Part shown: piece by piece, positions 24,873 to 37,691 of the stretch
How the letters are laid out: each line of letters begins with the position of its first letter
Position numbering within the stretch: position 1 is the first letter of the stretch
NCBI RefSeq assembly: GCF_018350175.1
Contig: NC_058382.1
Coordinates: forward strand, 49,168,001 to 49,232,000
Length of the DNA: 64,000 bases
Reading direction: 5' to 3'
DNA from: Felis catus
Lineage: Eukaryota
Made by a program: the position numbers and the translations under genes
The notes under the pieces: generated by a model
Told to the model about the DNA's origin: nothing
Database searches by the model: none
What the model saw: only the letters and a program-made list of their open reading frames with translations

Positions 24873-27800
24873 CTGCCAAGTCATTTCCAGAAATGATAAG
24901 ATTAGTAACGCACAAAAGAAGACAGAAGTCAGGAATGAGAGTCTAGCAGGAGAGCCTAGCGTATCACAGCTTTCCATTTCTAATTGGTAGTATTAACTTT
25001 CCTAAGTTGTGACAGTGAATTTATTTTTTAACTTATTTTGGATATTTTCAAATATGCATAAAACCAGACTGAACAGTATAAATAACATGTAAGTACTCAT
25101 CACCCAATTAAAAAAAAAAATCGATCTTGTCGCCAATCTTTTCCCAACTAAGCCCCCCCAGCCCCATTATTTTCTTTTACAAAGCTTAACAACAAACTCT
25201 AAAATGTCATTTCACTTATAAAAACTTCTGTAATACTAACTGATAAAGATTTCTTTTTACATCAACACTATCCTTATCACGCCTAACAAAACTAATAATC
25301 TCTTAATACTAATACCCAGTTCATATTCAAAATTTCCCAGTTGTTTTCAAGTTACTCATTACACTACATTTATTGCTATCAGAATCTAAGCAAGGCCTCC
25401 ACAACGAGTTTGACTGTTACATATGTGACGTTTTTTTTCACTCTAACAATTCTTCATTTTTATCCCTTCCCTGTCACTGATTTGTTGGAAGATATCTGGT
25501 CATTTGTCTTATGAAACACTCTAATCCCAAATTTGCCTGACTGCTTCCTTGTGGTATTGCTTAACTATTTGCTCTATCACCGATATTTCCTATAAACTGG
25601 CAGTTAAACCTAAGGGCTTCAGTGGATTCAATTCTGTTTTCTGGCAAGAAGAGGGGCAGCAAGAATACTTCTTTGGTTGTATGCTTCTTCTTTTTTTTTA
25701 ATTTTTTAACATTTGTTCATCTTTCAGAGACAGAGACAGAATGCAAGCAGGGGAGGGGCAGAGAGAGAGGGAGACACAGAACCGAAAGCAGGCTCCAGGC
25801 TGTGAGCTGTCAGCACAAGAGCCCGACACGGGGCTCAAACCCACGAACTGTGAAATCATGACCTGAGCCAAAGTCAGACGCTCAACTGACTGAGCCACCC
25901 AGCACCCCTCCCCCCCCCCACCGACCAAAGTTTTTTTTTTTTTTGTAATTTTACTGTACTGCCTCTAGACTTCAAAGTGCTCCCTACTTCTGGGTTTTAT
26001 CACATCTATTATTCTAATAATAGAATGGTTTCTTTTTTTACACTAGGTCTCTGATCCACTTATTTCTTAATTTTATAGTGTGAGGAATGAATCCAGTTTT
26101 TACAATATTAATTTAAAAGTCTCCCTTTTCCCCACTATTTGAGATATTCTCTTTCCAATATACTAGAACTTCATGTATGTTTAGATCTTTTTTCTAGATG
26201 TTCCAATGGAACACATTTTAGATTTAAATGGTTGCATCTCTGGTATTATTTACCTTGTTCTTCTACTTACTGCAAACTGGGCAACCTGGTTATTATCTCT
26301 AGAGTCTTAAACAGACTCAGGGATTTGGGTGGCAGTAACAGTATTTCCTAAGTGCTATGGATGTTTCTTTCTTTTTTTAAATTTTATTTTTAAGTAACCT
26401 CTACACACATCATGGGCTTAAACTTACAACCCTGAGACCAAGAGTCGCTTGCTCTGCTGACTCAGCCAGCCAGGCGCCCCTCTATGGAGATTTCTGATCG
26501 CAACACATCAAAATGCACATTATGGTCTGGTGGTGTCAGCCTGCTTCCTCCATTGAAAGGAATCCCATCAACCTTTCAACCTAATGGTTTTAGGATCCAC
26601 TGCTGATCTTTGCCTAGATACAGAATTCCATGAGGAGTCACACAATTATGACTTTTTCCTGTCATCTCTGCTCCAATATTAGCTGGAGTTTTTCTATTTC
26701 AAAGAACTTCCTTGGGGGTAGGTGGGAGAAATGAAGAGGCAAAGAGAATTTTTAGGGCAGTAAGAGTACCCTGTATAATGATGGGGATGTCATTACACGT
26801 TTGTCGAAACCCACAGAATGGAAAACCTGAGGTGAACCCTAAGGTGAAGCACGGACTTGGAGTGAACATGCCACGGATTAGATGCACCATTCTGGCGACC
26901 GGTGCTAACAGGGAGGCTGTGCACGTGTGAGGACAGGAGTGTGTGGAAATCTCCACGCTGTCCTCTCAATTTTGTTGTGAACCTTAAATACTCTTAACAA
27001 ACAAACAAAACCTCCTTCATCAGCCAATATTTGGTTTTCCTGAATACAGTTCACCCAGGGAAAACAGGATAAATGCGTAATCCTTTATTTACCAGTTTTC
27101 AGAGTAATGCGTCAGGGCTCTAATAACTTAGGATGCTGATAAGTGAGCTTTTAAAAAAGCACATAACTATGAATTAGGATTTTTCACAGATTTGATGTAT
27201 TTCAACCTATATCTCAATCCATACTCCAAGACTGCACCCATTATTCGTTTTGATGCTCAAACTGTCCCATCTTGAAGCCACTTAGGAGCCCCTTTAAAGT
27301 TGCTCCTACGCCTACCGACCTGATGACTCTCTGAGAGATGGCTCCCTTGCTTTCTAGCACAAACGCCCTAGGCTCATTTTGTATATTTCCTATCCCAGTC
27401 TTGGAAAGCCACTTCTCCAAGAAGTCCTGGGTCCCTTTAGTGGGAAAAGACCATAATCTGGGGTATCAGAGGGTAAGCAGGACATATGCTCCAGGGTCTC
27501 TACCCACTACTGCTAAACATAGCTCTACTTGCATAACACATGGCATTATAGTAGGACTTAAAAACTGGCCGACTAGACAGGGTACCGAATTTACAACGCT
27601 TTTCTTTAAATAAAGAACCTACTACCTTATAAGATGTCAAAGAAGATGAAAGAGAATATAAAATGCCATCACAAAGTGACCAACTGACTGGGTCACAGAT
27701 CACATTAAATTTCAAGTCAGATCAAATCCTCTATATGGAATCATGGCCAGTGAAAGCTTTGTACTGTATGAAGCAGGAATCTACTGACATCTGGGGGCAA

Positions 27801-27885
27801 AAGGGAAAGTATCACATCACAAGTCTAGACTTTCTAGCTTTCTGGGTATTAGCCCTGTGAATCCAAAACTGAGCAACATACTCAC

Positions 27886-28082
27886 CTTCTATAACAACGG
27901 CTCTAGGTTCCTCTCCCTGGACAACAACCTCCTCATACTCTGTGGAGCTGTCGGAATCAGAACTACTGGAGACCTGCAAGTCCTCAGAGACAGGATTCCT
28001 GGTCTCTGAACCATGAGACGTGGTTGGCAACTGAGGCTGGGTCCGGCTCACTTGAAAGTAAGCATCCAATGGTGCTCTGGAC
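27886..28082 (-). CDS. RFWD3: RFWD3 exon 3 (SRAPLDAYFQVSRTQP...VSSSSDSDSS...VVIE)
   Basis: tacgtag/gtgagt flanks, 197 nt, phase 2 to 1. Confidence 0.93.
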
Positions 28083-29026
28083 CTACGTAAGCAAAAAGAC
28101 AACAGAATTACATACAGTACCATGGACCATCAACACAAGAAAAAGCCACAGTAATCTGAGAGTAAATCCTGGTCATTTCAACCCATCTCCAGGCAGTTAA
28201 ATGTGCCTTTGAACACTGAAGCACAAATAGCAGTTTTAGGCAGATGTTGGCTGGCCCGGATATTCTCTTTTCCACTCAATTATTACATTAGCCACACTGG
28301 AGGTTGACTCTTGCTAAAACCAAATTCTACTTTACTGGCCTTTGGCCGTGTGTCAGTATCTTTTAAGGGACACAACTCAGCAATCTGTCTCCTGATATTA
28401 GGGGTTGAAAGAGAGTGGGAAAGAAGAAAAAGGGCTCTGCTGATCAAAAATGGCCTCAAGGGAATTCTGCTCCTGCAACAACACAGACCAAGGTCCTTCG
28501 GGGTAGAATGTGAAGTCCTGCTTCAGTCATCATGGTTTTACCTCTTATTTCAAAACATTATTTTTCTTTTTAAGTTTAAATAATGTCGGCATGATATCAA
28601 AAATTAACTCAAGATGAGAAGAGCAGGGAGCAGAATTAACCCTATTCTGGCTGGCTGAATTTTAACCATACCCATTACTGTGCTGTAGTTTCATTCACAA
28701 CCCACCTATCAAACCACACCCTACTTACAGCACAGAATGACATCTGATAGTAAAAATCAGAAAGGTGTTCTGTACTTCCTCTAGCTGATAATTATAAAGT
28801 ATTACTGAAAGGTAATCCACTTTTAAGTTTCAATAACTGTCTTTATAACATTAAGATACATTATTACCCAGAAACATTGTTGGAGACTGCTCACTCAGAA
28901 AAAAATTGATTTCTTCTAGTTCGGCTACAATTTATGGCAAACTAGGGTGTTCTATTAAAAATGATGATAGAATGGAACAAAATAAATATTTGGTATCTAA
29001 TTCAACAGAAGATACACCTTTGTAAA

Positions 29027-29029
29027 AAA

Positions 29030-29083
<54 letters not shown>
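29027..29083. repeat. (GAAA)n microsatellite
   Basis: directly visible tandem run. Confidence 0.95.
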
Positions 29084-29084
<1 letters not shown>

Positions 29085-29354
29085 GTGAATAAATTGAAAT
29101 GAGAAGTAGCAATTGTGAATCCTTTTTGACTCACAATTTAAAAGTGTGCCGTTCAGGGCACCTGGGTGGCTCAGTCGGTTAAGCGTCCGACTTCAGCTCA
29201 GGCCACCATCTTGCAGTTTGTAGGTTTGAGCCCCACATGGGGCTCTCTGCTGTCAGTGTGGAGCCTGCTTCAAATCCTCTGTCTTCCTCTCTCTCTGCCC
29301 CTCCCCTGCTTGCACTCTTTTGCTCAAAAAATAAAAAATACGAATTTAAAAAAA

Positions 29355-32300
29355 GTACACCAATTCAGTGGTTTTCAGCATAACTACAGGTTAGATAACC
29401 ATCACCACTATCTTCTTCCAAAACATTTTCGCCATACCTAAAAGGAACCCTGTACACATATAACCAGTCCTTCCTTCTTCTCCCCTTTCTGCAACCTCTA
29501 GCAATCACTAATTTAATTTCGGTCTCTGTGGACTTGCCTATTCTGGACATTTCATATGGTACAATCATAATATATATGGCCTTTTGGGTCTGGTCTCTTT
29601 CATAACTTCATGATATATACAAGGACCACGTCACCTGTGAATAGCTATAGTTTGATTTCATCCTTTCTAATTGGAATGCCTTTTCTTTCCCTTTCTTTCT
29701 CTTTCTCTCTTTCTCTCTTTCTTTCTAATTGCTCTGGCAAGAACCTCCAGTACAACAGCAAACAGAATTGGCAAATTCTTGTTCCTGACCTTAGGAGCAA
29801 AGCTTTCAGTCTTTAGTAAGTTAGTAAGTTAGATGAGGGTTTTTTTTATTCATGGTCTTTATCAGGCTGAGGAAGTTCCCTTCCACTGCTAGTCTGTTCT
29901 TTTTATCATTAAGGAGTTTTGTCAAATGCCTCTTCATCTATTAAGATGTTCATGTTTCTTTCCCCTTTATTGTATTAATATAGTATCTCACTATTTATTT
30001 TTTTTAACGTTTATTTATTATTGAGAGACAGAGACAGAGCATGAGCAGGGAGGGACAGAGAGAGGGGGAGACACAATTCAAAGCAGGCTCCAGGCTCTGA
30101 GCTGTCAGCACAGAGCCCGACGCAGGGCCTGAACCCACAAACTGTGAGATCATGACCCGAGCTGAAGTCGGACACTTTACCGACTGAGCCACCCAGGGAC
30201 CCTATTTTTTTGTATGTTGAATCAGCCTTCCTTTCCTAGAACAAATCCTGTTTGGTATTAGTGTATAATCTTTTTTATATGTTGTCGGATTCAGTTTGCT
30301 AGTATTTTGTTGAGAAACGTTGTATCTACATTCATAAATTACCAATAAACGATATTGGTCTATAGTTTTCTTGTGATGCCTTTATATGTTTTTGGTATTG
30401 GAATAATACTGACCTCAAAGAATCAGGAAGTATTCCCCCTGCTTCCATTTTTTTGAAAAGTTTGTTAAGTATTGGTGTTATTTCATTTTTTCTTTTAACT
30501 GGGAAAATAACTTTATTTTCTTTAGGTGTATGGACAGATGTTTAGTCTCAGAATGTTTGGAATTGCTTCTCGGTACCAGCAGCCTTGGTGACTTTGAGCT
30601 CAGGGAAGCACACAGACTTGCTCAATGGCTAGCCCTCGCCCACTGTTACATTGTTGCCAGTCTAGACATCCCCGAAGCAGGGGGACAGGTACACAGACAA
30701 GCTCTGGTGGCGTTTTTCAAAGCAGTTGTATTTTTGGAGGTAGTGGAAGTAGGCTCAGTGGATGACAATGGTTCTTTTCATCTTTATCTTCGTCACCAGA
30801 CCAGACAGAATCTGCCCTCGGATGGAGACCTTAGGAGTAAAGGGGCATTTCTTGCCAGTACAGGTGCACTCAATGGCCTCCTTGGGCATCTGGAAGCCCC
30901 AACCAATGTTTTTGTAGTATCACAGGAACTTCTCCTTGCTGGTTTCTCCAAACAAAACCCTCGTTTTTTGTTTGTTTTTTAATGTTTATTTTGAGAGAGT
31001 GAGAGAGAGAGAGAGTGAGAGAGAGAGAGAGAGAGAGAGCGTGCGCGAGCAGGAGAGGGGCAGAGAGACAGAGAGAGAGAATCCTAAGTAGGCTCCACAT
31101 TGTCAGCACAAAGCCCAATGTGCTCGATCCCACAATCCATGAGATCATGACCTGAGCCAAAATCAAGTCAGACGCTCAACTGACTGAGCCACCCAGGTGC
31201 CCCTAGCAGAACCCTCTTCTTATTTTGAAAGATAATTGGCTGCTTTTGGTAGGCATGCTCAGTCAGAATGTCTGCCATCTTCCCAATCGTCTGAAAAAAG
31301 GAAAGTCCAGAGGGTGTCTGGGCTTCCTCATCAACTGCCTATTGATTTCACCTTTAAACATTTGGTAGACTTCACCGGGGAAGCCACTTACTTCTGGGCT
31401 CTTCTGTGTGAATTTTGTTTTTAAATTACTAATTCAATCCCTTTATTTGTTAATCATCTATTCAGATTTTCTTTCTCTTCTTGAAAGAATACTGATAAAC
31501 ATGTCTTCTCAGAAGTTTGTCAATTTCACCTAAATTATCTAATTTCTTGGTATAACCCTGTTCACAGGGGTGCTTGGGTGGCTCAGTCAGTGGAGCATCC
31601 GACCCTTGATTTTGGCTCAGGTCACAATCCCAGGGTCACAGGATTGAGCCCCACATGGGGCTCTGTGCCAGGTGTGGAGCCTGCTTGGGATTCTGTCTCT
31701 CTTCCTTTGCCCCTGTCCTCTGCTCTCTAAAACACCAAAAAAAATCCCAAAACAAAAACAAAAATGTTCACAGTATTCCCTTATAAAATTGCTTTCTTCT
31801 GTAAGAGTGATAGTGATGTTCTTTCACTCCTGATTACTCTGGGTCTTCTCTCTTTCTTGGTCAGTCTACCTAGAAGTTTGTCAATTTTGTTGATTTTTCA
31901 GAAAACCAACTTTTGGATTAGCTGGTTTTCTCTCTTGGTTTTCTATTTCTATGAAATCTGTTTCATTCATATCTGCTCTAATGGTCATTATTTCCTTCTT
32001 TCTGCTTGCTTGCTTTGAATTCTGGATTTTTTATTTTGTTTGCTTTTCTTTTTCTAGTTCCTTAAGCTAAGTTATTGAGTACTTTATCCTTTCTTAGCAC
32101 GGCATTTAACAGCTATACATTTCCTTCTAAACACTGCTTTAGCTGCATCCTAAAAGTTTTGGTATACTAGGTTTTTCTTTTAATTCATCTCAAAGTATTT
32201 CCTAATTTTTCTTGGGATTTCTTCTTTGAACTCTTGGTTATTTAGGAGTTGTGTAATTTCTGCATACTTGTGAAATGCCCCAAATTCTTTGTTACTGATG

Positions 32301-34340
32301 TCCAGTTTCATTCTGTTGTGGTCAGAGAACATATTTTATATGATTTCAATCCTTTAATTTTATTGAGTCTTGTTTTATGCCCTAACATATGATCTGTCCT
32401 GGAAAATCCTCCGTGTGCACTTGAGAAATAGGGATACTCTGCTATTAAGTGAAATTTTCTATTAGATCTAGTAGGGTTACAGTATTGTTCAAGTTTTCTG
32501 GCTCCTTGTTGACTTTCTCCCTAGTTGTTAAACTCATTATCAAAAGTGGAGTACTGACATCTCCTATTATTACCAGTGAATTATAGATTTCTACCACCAA
32601 TTATGACAGTTTTTGCTTCATGTATTGGGGGCACTGTTACAGGGGCATATAGGTTTATAATTTTTATATCTTCTAGATGGATTGGCCCTTTTATCATTAT
32701 AAAATGTCATTCTTGACTCTTATAACAATCTTTAAAAAAATTTTTCTTTAAAGTTTATTCATTTTGAGAGGGAAGAGCATAAGCACAAGGTGGGGAGGGG
32801 CCGGGAGAGAAAGGGAGAAAGAGAGAGAATCCCAAGCAGGCTCCACACCATGAGCACAGAGTCCAATGCGTGTCTTGAATGCACGAACCTTGAGATCTTG
32901 ACCCAAACTGAGGTTGGACGCTTAACCGACTGAGTCACCCAGGCACCCTGACTCTTATAACAATCTTGGTCTTAAGGTCTATTTCATCTGATATTAGTAC
33001 ATTAACTCCTACTCTCTTATGGTTACTGTTTGCATAATGTTATTTTGGTCCATCCTTTTACTCTCAACCTACTAATATCTTTGAATCTAAACTGTCTTGT
33101 AGACAGAATACAGTTGGATTAAAAAAAAAAACAAAACAACTCAATGCTGCTGATCTGCACCTTTTGATTTGTGTTTAATACAACTGCATTTAAGGCAGGA
33201 TTTATATCTACTGTTTTGCTGTTTTCTTTCTTTCTTTAAGATGTCTTTTATTTTTAAGCAAACTCTACACCTAACATGGGCCTCAAACTCACAACTGTGA
33301 GATCAAGAGCCACAGGCTGAAACTGAGAGGCACCCTTGCTTTGCTCTTTTCTATAAGACTATGTCTTTTTTGTTCATATAGAAATGTCTATTCCAAATTC
33401 TAATAGAAAAGTTTAGGGGTGCCTGGCTGGCTAGTCAGTGAAGCGTGTGACTCTTGATGTTGGGGTTGTGGATTCAAGCCCCGTGTTAGGTGCAGAAATT
33501 ACTCAAAAATTTAAAAAATCTTGGGACACCTGGGTGGCTTAGTCTGGTGAACATCCAATTCTTGATTTCAGCTCAGGTCATTATCTCAGGGTTCAAGAGT
33601 TTGAGGAGCCAATAAGTCTCCTGGTCTTCGCTGAGTGTGTGACTGTGTGTGTATGCTGGGGCACACCTTCAGTAATCAGCCAGGCAGGTGACAATTCTTC
33701 CTGCTTGTGCAGAGCCTCAACGCCAATAAGAGTCGAGGAATTAGTGCCTTCTTAGGTCTTTCCTGGGCGCGGGCACAGTTGTACACAGCCCTTGGCATAT
33801 GTGTGGCCTTCTAGATTTCTAAGAATATGTCAGAGCTTTTCAAAACCCCTACGAAGATCTCATTCCTTAGCTCTTCCTTTTAAGCTTTTTGGTTAGTTTA
33901 GTTTGCCCCAGTCGTTACGCACCACCTCAGGCAGCCTCTGGGGAACAGGCTTTCAGGCTTTTTAGACTGGGCCTAAGTGCTAAATCAGGAATAGCCCTGC
34001 AGGTGAGATCTTCTAGGAAACCACCAAACAGGACAAAGAAAGGGAATTCTCTGGGAATGAGGCTCTGAAGGAACTCCCATTCCGTTCTACTCCCTCACGT
34101 TTTCACCGTGATCGCAGGCAGTGGCTTTTCATGGTTACACTAAGCCAAAGAGGGATCTGGGAGCAAGGAATGTCACGAAGCTTACTGTTCTACTGACATC
34201 AGCTGTTTGGTTTGGTTTGGTTTTTAATATTCGCTCCCTGAAAATGGTGTAAGTATCTGTTTAATTCCCAGCATCCTGCAAGTTGATTCTGCTAAATTTT
34301 GCCAACTGTTTCAGAGGTCCGGCCATTTTTACTGATGTCA
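29355..34340 (-). mobile_element. Old L1M element in RFWD3 intron 2, hosting several SINEs and the RPS11 retrocopy
   Basis: T-rich antisense L1 motifs (ttcagtttgctagtattttgttgag, gtggtcagagaacata, gtgtgcacttgagaa). Confidence 0.75.
30481..31304 (-). pseudogene. RPS11: RPS11 processed pseudogene (40S ribosomal protein uS17), split by a SINE
   Basis: pyrimidine 5'TOP-like leader, ATG at 31278 ([24 protein letters not shown]), resumes after the SINE as GETSKEKFL*YYKNIG, ends KVTKAAGTEKQFQTF* at 30550-30548; AATAAA 30512-30517, decayed A tail, no introns. Confidence 0.95.
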
Positions 34341-35151
34341 CTCAGGTTTTCTTTTTAAAAAATACTAATAAGCAACTTTATCAACTTATTTTTGGGAATT
34401 GTGTGTGAACAGCAGCTTTAGCTACCATGAGACCAGCACATAAGAACAGTATTTCTTAAGTACATTTTAATCAAATGAAATCCACACTAAAGTGAGGCTG
34501 AGGGGCTACTGGGCATGCACACTGAGCATTCCTGCATAGAAACTGGTAAAAAAAAAAATCAAGTGATTAAAAAACACTCATTAAGACAGTAAAAGGCATT
34601 TCCAAAGTCAGATGGGGACACAGGAAAGGGGACTATCGTCATGAGGAAGTGCTAGGTTGGGTGTCTTTGGGAGTACAACCTTGAAACCCAAGAAATCCTC
34701 TTTCCCTCCACTTATTATCTCTGAATTAAAAACCAGTGTTAGTTCTTGCCCCTTGCCTAGCCTCTATAGTCCCAGATTCCATAAGCTCCATGAAAACAGG
34801 TACCCTGATCTGTCCTGCTCACAATGTATCTCCAAGGCAAAGTTCAGTCTCTCCTAGAGTGGAATGTCAGAAATATTTGATGAATGAGTGATGATGCTGA
34901 CAGCCAGAATCAGAATCAAGCAGCCTCAAACAAAGAAACGGGAAAGGAGTTTGTGATCTTGGCTGAGAAGCCTGTTAGGAAAATACCTCATTACCCAGTT
35001 TTCTCTGACTCTGGCTTCTCGGTGGATGGAGTCTGAGGCACAGCTGCTCACCCTGGCCCAGGCTGTCAGCACCTGGCCCAGAAATGGTCTATCAGGGGAG
35101 TAAATGCCAAACACCACAGTGAGAAATTCACGTTAAGAATTCAGAAGGTAA

Positions 35152-35375
35152 AGGGGCGCCTGGGTGGCTCAGTCGGTTAAGTGTCCGACTTTGGCTCGGG
35201 TCATGATCTCGCGGTCCGTGAGTTCGAGTCCCGCGTTGGTCTCTGTGCTGACCGCTCAGAGCCTGGAGCCTGTTTCAGATTCTGTGTCTCCCTCTCTCTA
35301 ACCCTCCCCTGTTCATGCTCTGTCTCTTTCTGTCTCAAAAATAAACGTTAAAAAAAAATTAAAAAAAAAAAAAAG
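35152..35375 (+). mobile_element. Young feline SINE with target-site duplication
   Basis: aagaattcagaaggta on both sides. Confidence 0.92.
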
Positions 35376-37221
35376 AATTCAGAAGGTATAAAAAAATAAT
35401 AAAAAGAAATTCAGAAGGTAAAATAAGCAATTGGTCCTGGAAAAGCTCATATTTTTATGTGAATTTAGTGTGGCATTTACTTACAACACAATATTCAGGG
35501 GGAAGAAGTTTCAATACCACATTTACGTGGCTCCAGAATCCATGTTCTCTCCAAGTAACTGCACAGTCCCTGGCCCCTTAGATTTATTCGCTTTGTACAG
35601 ACAAACATACAGTTGTCAAAGAGCTCAACTAACATCCTTCAATATCTAGGTTCTGTAACCCAGTTTCTGAGCACAGAAGCAATTTTCTGATCAGCGTGTA
35701 GCTTCTGTGTATAAATACCTTTTAGGAGAATTATGCTAACGGTGCCAGCAAGAGAATCTGGTCTCTGTGGTATTTCCATTTGTCTCTGTAAATTGGCATC
35801 TGGTTTATAAGCATCACTCTCCTGTGAGTTGGTAAGTGTACCCCACCAAGAGCAATCAGCTCTGCCCCCAACTCCCCTCCCCCAAGAGAGTATACGAACA
35901 TCCAAGGCTGAGGAATACTGTGAGGCCTCCTGGCAGTCAGCCAGTTCCTGGGGACACCATTCTCAACTCTCAGCACACTTACTTTGAAAGGCTCCCCAAA
36001 CAGCACTGCAAGGTGCCTCCCCTATGACACAAACATACGAAATCTTATTCTGCCTTCACAATCAGAATGGCACCTTACATAACAGTAGCATGCGTGTGAA
36101 ACTCCTGTCGACACAAAACGAAGCACATCAACCCTGATGGGTCACATCCAGAAAAGACCAGGCTCCGGAGACTGGACCAGCTGTAACAGAGCACCCTCCC
36201 CTTGCCCCAAACAGTAATCGTCAGAACCCAGGCAAAAGGATGCCAAATCCAGGATCAGAAGGCGCAATCCCAATTCCAGAGGTACCACAGTCAAAACACA
36301 AATGATTCCATCGGCTTCCTCATTTGTAAAACACAGTGAACAGGTGGCCTAGTTACTGCTTGTTAGTATCATCTCTTCATTTCCATAATGTAAGGAAAAC
36401 ACACGGATCTGACCGAAGCTTCCTCTGTCTGTATAGAAAACAAGTGAGATCAGGGTTCCAATACCAGCTCAACTCCATCCCTGCAGTGGCTATGAGACCC
36501 TGAACGAAACACTTTCTCAGGGTCCAAGTTTCCCTCACATATAAAATAAAGATCTTAAATTCAAACTACGTGAAATAAAGGGTTTCAAATAAAGGAGGAA
36601 GTTAAAAAACAGACAAGGCATAGACACCGGTTACTTTTCATAACGACCCTGTCAGGACCTGACAGCTAAGGTCTTCAAGAGGCAAGTTCAACCCAAAAAC
36701 TATAAAAGAAAATTACTTTCAACTCTGCAACACACTCTCGGGTGAGGAGGGGTGGAATGTTTCCCCACTTAGCGAGATAAGCTCTAACTTTATCGACACC
36801 GTACTTTTCACAAGGCTTCTCTGAATCCAGCCCGCCCGTCTTCCAAAGTCTACTACCCCGTTACACGGAATGCCAATGAACAACGGATCCTGGATAGCCG
36901 AAGTGTGGACTCAGGACTTAAAAAGTACTTCTGCGACGTGCCAGCGATCTGAGGAAGAGCCACTTACTTCTCCAGAAGCCGGTGCCAACAAACCAGCACC
37001 TACTTTCCAAAGCACCTCAGTGTAACTGAGTCCCTCAGTTACTCTGTGAAGTGAATAAGGCAAGCGCTTTCATTTTCATCTAACTCCCGAGGAAACGGGG
37101 GTTCAGCAAGGCCACCTGATTTGCCAAAAGTCACAGCGGCAGCCCTCGGCGCACTAGGGCCAGAACCGGCGTTGGCAACTCCCAGGGCGGCACCGATCCC
37201 GAGACGGACACGAGTTTTTAC

Positions 37222-37691
37222 CTGGCACGGTCAGTCCTCTGAGATGCTCCGGGTCTTGACCTGCGGGAGGCAGACCCCCTCCTCCTGGCCCTCACTGGCC
37301 CCACGTTGTTGTCTGAAGGGGGCCTCAGGAACTCCAGCATGCCGTGAAGCCTCTGCAGCCCGCTGAGGAAGCTGTTCATCGACTCCAGTGACGACACTTG
37401 GACGGGGCGGTTAACACCAGGTCCCTGCCCGTGCTCCTCCGAAGCTCCCGGATGAACGTCCTCCACACCATCTTCTCCCAACCGCTCCACTTCCTCCGTC
37501 GGGTCCGCAGACACCTGCGGAGCAGGCTGGAGCGGGGGCGGCCCCCCGTGGCTGCCGGCCACTTCGGCAGGTAGAGGCTGGAGCGGGGACGGTCCCTCCT
37601 GGCTGCCGGCCACTTCGGCAGGGGCGGGCTGTTCTGCAGCATGATGCTCTAACTCCATCTCAAGACTATACTCCATTTCTTCATGAGCCAT
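37222..37691 (-). CDS. RFWD3: RFWD3 exon 2, first coding exon (MAHEEMEYSLEMELEHH...ASQRTDRAR)
   Basis: acceptor ccccag|TG ATG (exon starts 37693), donor gtaaaa; matches the RFWD3 N-terminus including SMNSFLSGLQRLHGMLEFL. Confidence 0.93.

Larger units (their letters stand above)
20087..26480 (-). mobile_element. Scattered minus-strand CanSINEs (~20087, 20658, 21855, 22405, 23868, 24415, 25690, 26365); span includes unique sequence and exons 4-6
   Basis: polyT, (GA)n and gagccacccaggcgcccc signatures. Confidence 0.8.

Noticed and set aside
30530..30982. 150-aa + strand ORF as a novel gene
   Set aside because: Antisense frame of the RPS11 retrocopy running into a SINE
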